From assembly GCA_027623675.1 (NCBI GenBank), contig JAQBVF010000002.1, forward strand, positions 1-64,000: a stretch of DNA of 64,000 nucleotides. Direction: 5' to 3'. The notes below the pieces were generated by a model. It was given only the letters and a program-made list of their open reading frames with translations, had not been told where the DNA came from and did not search any database. Positions 28,573 through 37,860 of this stretch are shown here, in pieces; within the stretch, counting starts at the first letter, position 1; each line of letters starts with the position of its first letter. A program made the position numbers and the translations under genes. Origin of the DNA: Chloroflexota bacterium (lineage in GTDB: Bacteria > Chloroflexota > Dehalococcoidia > Lucifugimonadales > UBA3495).

Positions 28573-29395
28573 GAACCCTGGAAATCGGGATTTTCAGCAC
28601 ATCGGCCTGGACCGCCGGGACCGGGTGGCCGTCATCACGTTGCAACGTCCCGACCGGTTGAACGCCCTGAACCGGCAGATGGCCCAGGAACTGCACGACG
28701 CGCTCGACCTGCTCGCCGGGGAGTTCCCGGAAACCAGAGCGGTTGTCATAACCGGCGCCGGCCGCGGGTTCTGCTCCGGGGCCGATGTGGGTGACATAGC
28801 CAAGCGTCTCGACGACCAATTGGATGGAAACCTGGGTCCGGACGCCAGCGCAGGCCAAGGTCCGTCGATCACCATGCGGTTGGCGCCCCATCTCAGGCAG
28901 ATCCCCCAGCCGGTCATCGCGGCGGTGAACGGGGTTGCCGCCGGTGCGGGGCTGGGCATCGCCCTGTGCAGCGACATCCGGATAGCCTCGGACGCCGCGC
29001 GGTTCACCTCGATCTTCGTCAAACGATCATTGGTGCCTGACGCCGGGGTCTCACAGCTTCTAGGGGCTTTGGCCGGACCGGGCATCGCCGCTGAGATGGC
29101 GTTCACGGGCCGGGTCTACGATGCCCAGTGGGCGCTGGACAAGGGCCTGGTTAACCGAGTGGTTCCCGCCGGAGACCTGATGGCTGAAGCCGAGGCCATG
29201 GCGCAGGAGATCGCCGCCAATCCGCCGCTGGCGGTGAAGGCAACCAAAGAGCTGCTGAACGCCCACTATGCCGACCTAGAGCAGGTGATCGAGTCCGAGC
29301 ATCGGGCCAATGTCGCGATCCGGGGAACCGCCGACCAGAAAGAGGCGGTGGACGCCTTTTTGGAGAAACGCGAGCCAAGATTCACCGGCAGGTAG
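28562..29395 (+). CDS. enoyl-CoA hydratase/isomerase family
   Basis: RPDRLNA, FCSGAD, IAAVNGVAAGAG, AFLEKREPRF. Confidence 0.9.
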   Translation: MNTKNPGNRDFQHIGLDRRDRVAVITLQRPDRLNALNRQMAQELHDALDLLAGEFPETRAVVITGAGRGFCSGADVGDIAKRLDDQLDGNLGPDASAGQGPSITMRLAPHLRQIPQPVIAAVNGVAAGAGLGIALCSDIRIASDAARFTSIFVKRSLVPDAGVSQLLGALAGPGIAAEMAFTGRVYDAQWALDKGLVNRVVPAGDLMAEAEAMAQEIAANPPLAVKATKELLNAHYADLEQVIESEHRANVAIRGTADQKEAVDAFLEKREPRFTGR

Positions 29396-29580
29396 CACGG
29401 CGAGCAACACGGCAAGCGACGATGGGGTCTAATAACGTGGGGCCCGATCCAAGTCGCGGCCTTCTGCGTACTTTATATACGGCCCGGCGGTATGACCTGG
29501 CGTGCCCAGTCCTAACCCGTATGCTATCCTGGCCTAACAAACACCGGCCCGATACGCCCGGTATCTAGCGAGGAAATAGA

Positions 29581-30021
29581 TTGAACTGTCCACGTTGCAA
29601 CGATGTCGCCCTTGACGAAAAGTCCCTCAAAGATATCGATATCGACCATTGCCCTGAATGCAAAGGGCTCTGGTTGGATCTCCGCGAGATGGACCAACTT
29701 GAGGACAACGCCATGAACGAGGATGAAAAGAAGGGCATGATGGAGTACGCTCGCCGCGAAAGCAACATCTCTTGCCCCAAATGCCACGAGGTCATGGAGA
29801 CGTTCAATTACCGGGCCAACGACCTGCCCATCGACCATTGCAGGAACCAACACGGTTACTGGCTGGACGAGGGCGAAGAGAAGAAGATTTTGGCTGTGAT
29901 GAAGCAACGTGTCCAAGACCTGAAACGCTCTTCTTCCGCCGAGGAGTCCTGGTCCGCATTCTTGGAGAGCGGCGGCGCCCGCTCTTTCCTCACCAAGGTC
30001 AAGGACCTGTTCACCGGCTAA
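29581..30021 (+). CDS. tandem zinc-ribbon (zf-TFIIB-like) protein
   Basis: CPRC...IDHCPECKGLWLD and CPKC...IDHCRNQHGYWLD. Confidence 0.75.
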   Translation: MNCPRCNDVALDEKSLKDIDIDHCPECKGLWLDLREMDQLEDNAMNEDEKKGMMEYARRESNISCPKCHEVMETFNYRANDLPIDHCRNQHGYWLDEGEEKKILAVMKQRVQDLKRSSSAEESWSAFLESGGARSFLTKVKDLFTG

Positions 30022-30058
30022 CCACCCCCACTCCCCCTCACCTATTTTCTAACAGAGA

Positions 30059-30147
30059 GTCATTCTGAGGCGGCAGCCGAAGAATCTCGATGCCGGTGAG
30101 ACAGCCTTACCGATATGCACCAAGACCCTTCGCGAGCTCAGGGTGAC
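30059..30147. repeat. inverted doublet of GTC-tagged REP-like hairpins (no cargo)
   Basis: GTCATTCTGAGGCGGCAGCCGAAGAATCTC (30059-30088), 34-nt spacer, inverted GTCACCCTGAGCTCGCGAAGGGTCT (30147-30123). Confidence 0.8.
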
Positions 30148-30215
30148 ATGCTGAGGGAGTTGGTTGCCCAGTGAAAGCAAGCCTGAGAACTCTCGAGGGA
30201 CAGCCCTGGGAATGT

Positions 30216-31688
30216 TCAGCCGCCTTCGAGTTCATCCATGAACGTGGCGAGCGAGGCGTCGGCCCGGGAGTAGTCGTAGCTGGCGTAGCGGCGTTGGCGC
30301 AGTTGCACCACATCGCCGTTGAAGAAACGCTCGTACAGCGACTGCCGGGATCCAAATTGGGTGCCGATCAGGTCCCAGGCCAAGCGGAACAGCCGCACCC
30401 GTTCTTTGGCGCCCACCGACGCCCCCTGGTAATATTTGCCGATGTCCTCCGCCAGCGGTCCCGCCAGATCCGCCTCGGTGGGGGTCAGCATCAGCCCGCC
30501 GGCGGCCAGTTGCTCGATGATGGACGCGGTCCGGGCGTAGGCTTCGGGGTACCAGTGGCGCATGGCGATCCACGGCTCGGCGGCCGGCCAGATCCCTTCC
30601 GCTCCGGGGCCCGCATCCTCGTATCTGCCGGCGTCGGCCTCCGCGGCCCGCATATAGGCCCGCACGGTTTCCAGGGTGTCGATCACCTCTGCAGTCTTCT
30701 CCTGCACGTGGGCATAGCCGCCGATGCCGATGGACTCGGTGATGCCATGGACGATCCCCAAGATGAACTCCAGCTTGGCGATATTCTTGACCGACACCTG
30801 CTGCATGTACTGCCGCCAGAGAGTCACCTTCTGAACGGTCAAGTTGGCCAGTTCCACGTCGTCGTATATGAAGACCCTGTCCCACGGGATGAGCACGTCG
30901 TCGAAGATGGCCACGGCGTCCATCTCGTCGAACTGGCCCGACAGGGGGTAGTCGGCCAAGGGGCGTCCCAAGTCGTGGCTGGGACGGCAGATGAACCTGA
31001 GGCCGGGAGTGGCCACCGGCAGGGCGAACCCGATGCAATACTTCCGGTCTTCCTCCACGCCGGGGCGGAGCGGGCGGTACACCGGACAGAATATCTCATC
31101 GGAGAACGGGGCCAGCGTGGCCAGGAGTTTGGCGCCGCGCACTACCACGCCCTCACTGGTCTTTTCGACAACCCCCACTGCCGTGTAGGCGTCGGGCAGT
31201 TCGGCCAGTGAGAGGGACCGGTTGACCTGGGGATGGCCAAAGGCGTGGGTCAGACACAGGTCGCGTTCCCTAACGTATTCGTGGTAGCCGCGCAGATTGT
31301 CGCCGTGGCGTTTGTCGTTTCGGCCAAATAGGTGGGCCAGTTGGCGAGATGCAGTCACCTGGATGTTCACATAGTCGGGGGTGCGGCCCAGCATGCCGTG
31401 GCAGGACCGGGCGGTAATCTCCAGCGCGGTCCGCCGCCGCAATAGGTCTTCGATGGTCTCGGGCACCAGATACGACAGGGCCACCGACTCCCCGCTGCTG
31501 GGCGACTTGAAAGTCATCCGGCCGTGGTTCTCGGGCAGGTGCTGTAGGTCGTAGAGCCCGGCCAGGGTCTTGGCCATGCGGGCCATCTTGGGGTGGGTGG
31601 TAACGTCGGCGACCCGCTCCCCTTCCAGCCAGACCTCCCGGCTGTCGCGCAGGCCCTGAAGGAATTGTTCGCCGGTCCGTACCACCAT
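30216..31688 (-). CDS. hpaB: 4-hydroxyphenylacetate 3-monooxygenase family, oxygenase component
   Basis: GMLGRTPDY, HAFGHPQVNR, VRGAK.LATLA, FDE.DA...FDDV.IPW.RVF, RQSLYERFF; exact substrate uncertain. Confidence 0.82.
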   Translation of the reverse strand: MVVRTGEQFLQGLRDSREVWLEGERVADVTTHPKMARMAKTLAGLYDLQHLPENHGRMTFKSPSSGESVALSYLVPETIEDLLRRRTALEITARSCHGMLGRTPDYVNIQVTASRQLAHLFGRNDKRHGDNLRGYHEYVRERDLCLTHAFGHPQVNRSLSLAELPDAYTAVGVVEKTSEGVVVRGAKLLATLAPFSDEIFCPVYRPLRPGVEEDRKYCIGFALPVATPGLRFICRPSHDLGRPLADYPLSGQFDEMDAVAIFDDVLIPWDRVFIYDDVELANLTVQKVTLWRQYMQQVSVKNIAKLEFILGIVHGITESIGIGGYAHVQEKTAEVIDTLETVRAYMRAAEADAGRYEDAGPGAEGIWPAAEPWIAMRHWYPEAYARTASIIEQLAAGGLMLTPTEADLAGPLAEDIGKYYQGASVGAKERVRLFRLAWDLIGTQFGSRQSLYERFFNGDVVQLRQRRYASYDYSRADASLATFMDELEGG

Positions 31689-31835
31689 GTAGAACCTCGA
31701 ATCCCGTGGCTGGGATTACGGATGGGCGGCGCAAAGGAACTCCACTCATCCGTGACACCGTGCTGGATGCCCAGTTATCGGCAGGGGTTGTCCCACAGGT
31801 CAGTGCCGCAGGCGTCTCTTACCCGTGGGGGTTGA

Positions 31836-32453
31836 CTATTTGTAGGGATTATCCCAGCGGTCGATGCCGCAGACCTCTTCCAGGGGCTTGCGGGTGACCG
31901 AGCCAAACTCGCCCCGCGGATAACCCAACGGCATGCAATAAACGATCTCGGCGGTTTCGGGGATGTTGAGCAGCTTGTGGACGCGCTCTTCAACCACGGC
32001 GTGGAGTGTGGCGATGGTGCCGCCGACGCCGTGTGCCCGGGCCGCCAAAAGCAGGTTCTGGGCGGACGGGATGATGCCGCCGGCGCCGCCTTTGTTGAGG
32101 GCGCAGATCAGGACCATCAGGGGAGCGTCGCCAAACTCGTTGGCCAACCGCATGGCGGAGCGCTGGGAATTCTTGCCCGGGGGAATATCCTCCGGACCCA
32201 TGATTCCCTGGTCCTTACGCTTGGCCCACCAGGCCTCGTGGTACAACTCGCCCAGCTGCTTGCGGGTGTCGGCGTCCTTCACCACGATGAAGTGCCACTG
32301 CTGGGTGTTGCCGCCGTTGGGGGCGCGGATGGCCGCCTCCATGATGTCCCGCATGACGTCATCGGGTATCGGGTCGGGCTTGAGGCGGCGAATGGCGCGC
32401 TGGGTGAACATCGCTTCGCCCAGCGACATGGTTAAGCGGTCGGCAGTAGTCAT
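31836..32453 (-). CDS. nitroreductase family protein
   Basis: QRAIRR, APNGGNTQQWHFIVV, QNLLLAARAHGVG, LGYP. Confidence 0.9.
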   Translation of the reverse strand: MTTADRLTMSLGEAMFTQRAIRRLKPDPIPDDVMRDIMEAAIRAPNGGNTQQWHFIVVKDADTRKQLGELYHEAWWAKRKDQGIMGPEDIPPGKNSQRSAMRLANEFGDAPLMVLICALNKGGAGGIIPSAQNLLLAARAHGVGGTIATLHAVVEERVHKLLNIPETAEIVYCMPLGYPRGEFGSVTRKPLEEVCGIDRWDNPYK

Positions 32454-32483
32454 ACTTTGCCCTCCAATATCTTGTGTTAAATC

Positions 32484-33317
32484 CTATGCAACACCGGCGG
32501 CGTTCTTGCGCAGGTCCGCTCGGGGTTCGGCCAGCAGACGGCCATAACCGGCCAACGGCTCGGTCTCGCCGGCCTGGCTCAGGACGCGCCAGAGAGTGGC
32601 GGTATGGGATGTCACCACGGGCTTCCCGGTCTCCTCCTCCAGCGCCTGGGCGGCCGCCATGCCGTCGAAGTTCATGCAACTGATGAACAGGCCATCGGCC
32701 TGGTCAGCGTACTCCCGCCAGGCGTCCATGGAGAAATCGAAGATCTCCTGGGGCGGAACGGCGGCGAAATCCTCGGCGGTTTCCAGGCCCATTCCCCGCA
32801 TGGTCAGCGCCTCGATGCCAGCCTCCTTCAGGTAGGCCCGCTCGGACACGTGATGGCTGTCGGGATAGGGGGTGGTCACCACTATCTTCTTCATGCCCAG
32901 GTGTTGCAGCGCCTCGGCCACGGCCAGCATGGTCGACGTGATGGGCGTGCCCCATTCGGATTCCAGGTCCCGGCAGAACTCGCGGTCGGCTTCCATACCG
33001 CGCAGGGCGCCGCTGACGGTGCAGCAGTAGGCCACCGCGTCCACTTTGGCACTGGCCAATTCGCCCACCGCCCGGCCGGCGTTACCTTCCATCTCGATCA
33101 GCGCCTCGATGCTCTCGCCCGGGGCCAGCATCATCCGGCTGGTGAAGAAGCCAACCCCCGGAGGCGCGGCCCTGTTGTACCGCAACTCGGAAATGGTGGA
33201 CGCGCTTACCACGACAAGTCCGATCTTGGTCCGCAGTTCCAGCTGGTCCATCCGCCGCGCTCCTATCGTGTGGTTCCTCATCAGATCGCCCTTGGTTTTG
33301 GTTGCAAAGTTTATCAC
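32484..33317 (-). CDS. maleate isomerase/arylmalonate decarboxylase (Asp/Glu racemase superfamily)
   Basis: YCCT, VTTPY, FISCMN, KPVVTS; start uncertain. Confidence 0.82.
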   Translation of the reverse strand: MINFATKTKGDLMRNHTIGARRMDQLELRTKIGLVVVSASTISELRYNRAAPPGVGFFTSRMMLAPGESIEALIEMEGNAGRAVGELASAKVDAVAYCCTVSGALRGMEADREFCRDLESEWGTPITSTMLAVAEALQHLGMKKIVVTTPYPDSHHVSERAYLKEAGIEALTMRGMGLETAEDFAAVPPQEIFDFSMDAWREYADQADGLFISCMNFDGMAAAQALEEETGKPVVTSHTATLWRVLSQAGETEPLAGYGRLLAEPRADLRKNAAGVA

Positions 33318-33538
33318 AATGGCCGCCTGGAAACGGGTCAGGCGTCACCCCTTCCCGGTCATTCAATCATTCGGGATAACGGCGGATAACGATGATGGGG
33401 ACGCTCAAGGTGCATATCAATGACAAGGACGCTCATGGTGACGAAGTGTACACAATTTATCCGCTCCAGTTCACGCTGGAGAGGCCATTGGTTCGTACAC
33501 GCTAAAGGCGGCGGCAGTCTCCTATTCTGGGTGCTTCG

Positions 33539-33563
33539 GGTTCGAATCCTGTTAGGCCAGCCA
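33539..33563 (+). other. tRNA 3'-end fragment (Gln-like), possible att-site remnant
   Basis: GGTTCGAATCCTGT-TAGGCCA-G-CCA with no matching 5' half. Confidence 0.6.
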
Positions 33564-33953
33564 GCCCCAGGCAGCCGGGACGCTAATCGAACCGTTTCTG
33601 GCAGCAACCCATCTGACAAGTTATGGTTTCAGGTTCTGGGAAACACGTATTGAGAGGCGAGCGGTGCTCATTCCTAAACCAGGCCGATGGCAGTGTCGGT
33701 AATGCCAGCACCACCCCTTTATGCTCAGGGTTAGGAGCGACTTGAGGATTTCCATGGCTGCATCCACGGACAGAAGAAAACGGCCCACGCGAACCGGTAT
33801 CGGTTCCCCTGTGGGCCGCTGTTGGAAATCCACGGTCGCTAGAGATCGGCCCGATTCCGTGGCTTGTACGGTTGGGCCCACAACCTCGAATTGTCAGACT
33901 CCTGCTCCAAGATATGGCTTCTAGGTTCCCTCAGATGGCCGGCAGTAAGTACT

Positions 33954-34556
33954 TCAGGTCAAATGCCGCACCAAGACGCTGGTTACCACGTTTGAGCTCG
34001 GAATCATGATCTCGCGGTCTTCTATTCCCAGAACGATGTGCATCAAAGTAATATTCGTCACCCTCCCAGAATTGCCCCCAATAGTCACATTGTCCCCGAT
34101 TCGGATTGGGCGGGAAAGAGTCAGGAACATACCAGCTACGGCGTTACCCATGACCGATTGTGTGGCAAGACCTGCCACCAATCCCGCAAAACTCCCAGCA
34201 GTTAATGCGGCTGCCACGTTGGAGGTCAGAAGAGAAACGACCGCAGAAAGAATGACCGCATACGCCACGATTCGAGCGATGACGCGAAGAGGCACAGCAA
34301 CATCGACGGATGTGCGCGATAAAGCAACGTAATATGCCCACCGAGCGCCGAACTCGGTCGCCAGGGATCCGAAGACAACGACCTCGATGGCGTGGACGTA
34401 CTGTTGGTAACTCTCTAGGAACTCCAACGGCCCCCCATCGGCTACAAGCCTCGCCGTGAAGGCCAGTACGGTCATAAGCAGCCCTACAGCTAACACTGTA
34501 AGCAGCGCGAACTGTATTATTTTCCCCGTGCTTTTATGTGGAGACGTAACCGACAT
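33954..34556 (-). CDS. small MscS-family mechanosensitive channel
   Basis: GLVAGLATQSVMGNAVAGMFL..SRPIRIGD.V.IG...G.V..I. Confidence 0.82.
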   Translation of the reverse strand: MSVTSPHKSTGKIIQFALLTVLAVGLLMTVLAFTARLVADGGPLEFLESYQQYVHAIEVVVFGSLATEFGARWAYYVALSRTSVDVAVPLRVIARIVAYAVILSAVVSLLTSNVAAALTAGSFAGLVAGLATQSVMGNAVAGMFLTLSRPIRIGDNVTIGGNSGRVTNITLMHIVLGIEDREIMIPSSNVVTSVLVRHLT

Positions 34557-35299
34557 CTTTTCCCTTAGAACGCCAGCGATCCCATTTTCATTACCCGGAA
34601 TTCAACGCTTGCACAATCGCCCGCATTGTTCTGCGCAGTGGAAAAACGCGCTGTAAAATTCACCAAAGTGCGGGCTTCGGGTATTATACACATTGTCCCA
34701 TCTGCACAGACCCCAATTTGATAGCCAGACTGGTAAATGAGCATTGGTGCGTGGGACTGATAGGCGTTACTATCGGGTCGATGGGATTGGCCGTGTCTTC
34801 CGCCGTGTCTTCCTTTGTAATAGCTACTTCGACACGCGCCGGAATCATCGTCGGGACCTTCTGCTGCATGGTGAGCCCGTCGAACCACTGGTTTGGGTCA
34901 AGCGGGGTTCTTGCGGGCAGCAACTTGACTGATGCGCGCCCTTCGAGAGCCTCGGGACGAACGGGACCACCTCACAATCCTAGTCACCGGGTTGCGATTC
35001 GAGTCACCATAGTCGCTATCGTAGTCACCCAATTCTCGCTTGCTGTTGATATACAAGCTTGTCGAACCACCGCCGAGGGCGCACCCAGTTTTCTTAACCG
35101 GGAACTTAATTGGTGCGCGCCCCTCGATACCCACAAGACCGGCGGCCAGATCGACTTTGCAGCGAAACGATTTTGGCAAAACCCCTGTGACCCATTCCTG
35201 CCGAGTACCAGCTGAATACCAGCCCAACCCGAGCAATGTGCTAATTGATATAATGTGCCTCATCTTTCCCGTAGCTGGCGGTACGCGCCAGGAGGCGTA

Positions 35300-36436
35300 A
35301 TGGCTATCGATTTGTCCAGCGCTGCGCAAGCATACCAACGTCTTGGCGTGAAACCGGTGATTAACGCCACCGGTTCAGTCACCAAGTACGGTGGCACCAG
35401 GACCCGGCCCGAGGTCATGGAAGTGATGGCGGGGGCAGCCCGCATCATGGTCAATGTGGATGAACTCAACCGGAAGGCCGGGGAAGAGATCGCCCGGATC
35501 ACCGGCGCGGAAGCCGGATTCGTTTGCAGCGGCGCCGCCGGTGGGCTGGTGCTGCAAGCCGCGGCCTGCATCGCCGGCAAGGACCCGGTCAAGATGCGCC
35601 GATTGCCCGACACCACCGGCATGAAGCGCGAGATAATCATCCAGAACATGCACCGCTTTCCCTACGAGCAGGCTTACCGGGCGGGCGGCGCCAAGCTGGT
35701 GGAGATCGGCGACTCCCGGTACTCCCACCCCTGGGAGTTGGAAGGCGCCATCGGCGAGAACACGGCGGCCGTGGCGTTCCTCTGCGCCCCGTTGACCAAC
35801 CGGCGGGCGATACCGCTGCCCCAGGTCTGCGAGATCGCCCACAGCCGTGGCGTGCCGGTGATCGTCGACGCCGCCTCCATGCTGCCGCCCAGAGAGAACC
35901 TCAAGAGATACCTGGCCGACGGCGCGGATATGGTGGCTTTCAGCGGCGGCAAGGGTATCCGCGGCCCTCAGGGGACGGGTATCCTCTGCGGGCGGGCCGA
36001 CCTCATTGAGGCGGCCGCCGCCCATGCCAACCCGGCACAGTTCTTGGGACGCCCCATGAAGGTGGCCAAGGAAGAGATCGTAGGTCTGATCACCGCCTTG
36101 AACATGTTCGTGGAGGAAGACGAGGACGCCGAGATGCGGGCCTACGCCGCAATGGCCCAACAGGTGGTGGACGCGTTGAGCGAGGTCCCAGGTCTGGACG
36201 TCACGCTGATGCATGACAAACACGATTACCTGATTCCCCACGCGCTGCTGCGGTTCAGCGAGGACTGGCGCGGACCCAGCAAGAACGAGATCACCAAGGC
36301 GATGGAAGAGGGCGAGTTGCCCATCTACCTGCACCAACTGGGCCAACCCGAGGAGTTGGCGGTGGACCCGTTGAACCTGACCCAAGAAGAAACCACCATC
36401 GTGATCCAGCGGCTGCGTGAAGAACTGACCCGCTAG
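35300..36436 (+). CDS. SelA-like/DgaE-family PLP-dependent enzyme
   Basis: VINATG, IVDAAS, FSGGKGIRGPQ, RPMKVAKEEIVG; AGGAGG RBS. Confidence 0.85.
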   Translation: MAIDLSSAAQAYQRLGVKPVINATGSVTKYGGTRTRPEVMEVMAGAARIMVNVDELNRKAGEEIARITGAEAGFVCSGAAGGLVLQAAACIAGKDPVKMRRLPDTTGMKREIIIQNMHRFPYEQAYRAGGAKLVEIGDSRYSHPWELEGAIGENTAAVAFLCAPLTNRRAIPLPQVCEIAHSRGVPVIVDAASMLPPRENLKRYLADGADMVAFSGGKGIRGPQGTGILCGRADLIEAAAAHANPAQFLGRPMKVAKEEIVGLITALNMFVEEDEDAEMRAYAAMAQQVVDALSEVPGLDVTLMHDKHDYLIPHALLRFSEDWRGPSKNEITKAMEEGELPIYLHQLGQPEELAVDPLNLTQEETTIVIQRLREELTR

Positions 36437-36499
36437 ACACGTCAACCCTCGTAGAATCGTCAGCGACCGATAGATAACCACCACGCTAAGGAGAGACAG

Positions 36500-37546
36500 A
36501 TGGCCATCAAGATCGACCTGAGGGTGCCCCCGTGCAAGCCCGTCCCCGAGATCACCGCATTCGTCAAGGAATGCGAGGACGCTGGGTTCGACGGCGTGGG
36601 CATGTTGGACTCACAGATGCTGGAGCGCGACGTGTTCGTTTCCATGGCCCACGCGCTGATGAACACCTCCAGGATCAACGTGGCGTCGGCGGTCACCAAC
36701 CCCGTGACCCGGCATCCGTCGGTGCTGGCCTCCGCCGCCCAGACCGTTTCCGAAGTCGCTCCCGGCCGGGCCCAGATCTGGATCGGACGGGGCTACAGCT
36801 CGGCCAACGTGGTCGGCATCCCTCCGGCCACCGTGCGCCAGATGCGGGACGCGGTCTCCATGATGAAAGAACTCATGGCCGGGAACCAGGTCGATTTCGG
36901 CGGCGTCTCCAGCCGCATGCGTCACGGCGGCGGCGGGGCCACGCCGGTCTACATCGCGGCCACCGGCCCCAGGGTGATGAAGGTGGCCGGCGAGGTGGCC
37001 GACGGAGCGGTGTTGATGACCGGCATCCACCCCCAGGCGGTGGCGGAAGCCCGGGAGTTGATCGCCGATGGGGCCAGGAGCGCGGGCCGGAACCCCGACG
37101 AACTGGAGACGATCTTCACCTGCACAACCATCATCAGGGACGACCTGAAAGAGGCCCGCGAGATTGCCCGGCCCCTGGCGGTGCAGCGGTTGATGGAAAA
37201 GACCTATGTCCGCTGGTTGAAGGCGGCCGGCATGGATTTCTCGGACCTAGAAGTGCCCCGGGGCCTCTGGGACCTCTACCCCGACGTACCCCACGCCGAG
37301 GACTGGGAGAAGGCCAAGGAATTGTGCGCCTTCCTGCCGGACGATGCCCTGGCCCAACTCTGTGACACCATGGGGCTGATCGGTTCGCCCGAGTATGTCG
37401 CCGAACGCATTCAGGCGGCGGAAAAAGCCGGCCTGGAGCATATCTATCTGATGACCGACCAGACCTACGAGTTCGCCACCGGCGAGCTTGCCGCCTTCCG
37501 GAACAAGATATTCCCGGCGCTGGGCCGGGCCATGCAGCCGGCATAA
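36500..37546 (+). CDS. LLM-class (Mer-like) flavin/F420-dependent oxidoreductase
   Basis: VTNPVTRHPSV, PVYIAATGPR, AGEVADG. Confidence 0.85.
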   Translation: MAIKIDLRVPPCKPVPEITAFVKECEDAGFDGVGMLDSQMLERDVFVSMAHALMNTSRINVASAVTNPVTRHPSVLASAAQTVSEVAPGRAQIWIGRGYSSANVVGIPPATVRQMRDAVSMMKELMAGNQVDFGGVSSRMRHGGGGATPVYIAATGPRVMKVAGEVADGAVLMTGIHPQAVAEARELIADGARSAGRNPDELETIFTCTTIIRDDLKEAREIARPLAVQRLMEKTYVRWLKAAGMDFSDLEVPRGLWDLYPDVPHAEDWEKAKELCAFLPDDALAQLCDTMGLIGSPEYVAERIQAAEKAGLEHIYLMTDQTYEFATGELAAFRNKIFPALGRAMQPA

Positions 37547-37596
37547 CGGCAGACATATCGGGCATCTATCGGTCTGTGGAAGAATGCCGAATATCC

Positions 37597-37624
37597 AGGG
37601 GCAGGCTTGAAACCTGCCCCTTTT
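37597..37624 (+). terminator. intrinsic terminator
   Basis: AGGGGCAGG-CTTGAAA-CCTGCCCCT followed by T tract. Confidence 0.65.
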
Positions 37625-37860
37625 CGTTTGTCTTTAGGGGGTGACCATCGTAACCGGCAGTTCGCCGGGTCGATACTCCCGATTCGCAGCGGTACTGAAC
37701 GATCTGGGCGCGGCTGAGGGATGACTCGGCGTCCCCACGTCTTCGGGCCGCGCCTACGTTGCCGAAAAAATGGCAGCGATAGCATCACGCCGTGGCGCCG
37801 CAAAACGACTCATCTGGATCCCCCAGCAGATTGAAGCATCATACTATTTACAGGAGTTAA

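Noticed and set aside
34565..35338. Overlapping ORFs upstream of mscS
   Set aside because: No recognisable motifs, atypical composition and mutually conflicting frames; left unannotated.
35300..36436. True selenocysteine synthase selA
   Set aside because: Short SelA-like form without selB/selC/selD; I noticed no convincing in-frame UGA selenoprotein, and the DUF3179 protein has a plain CPLC motif.
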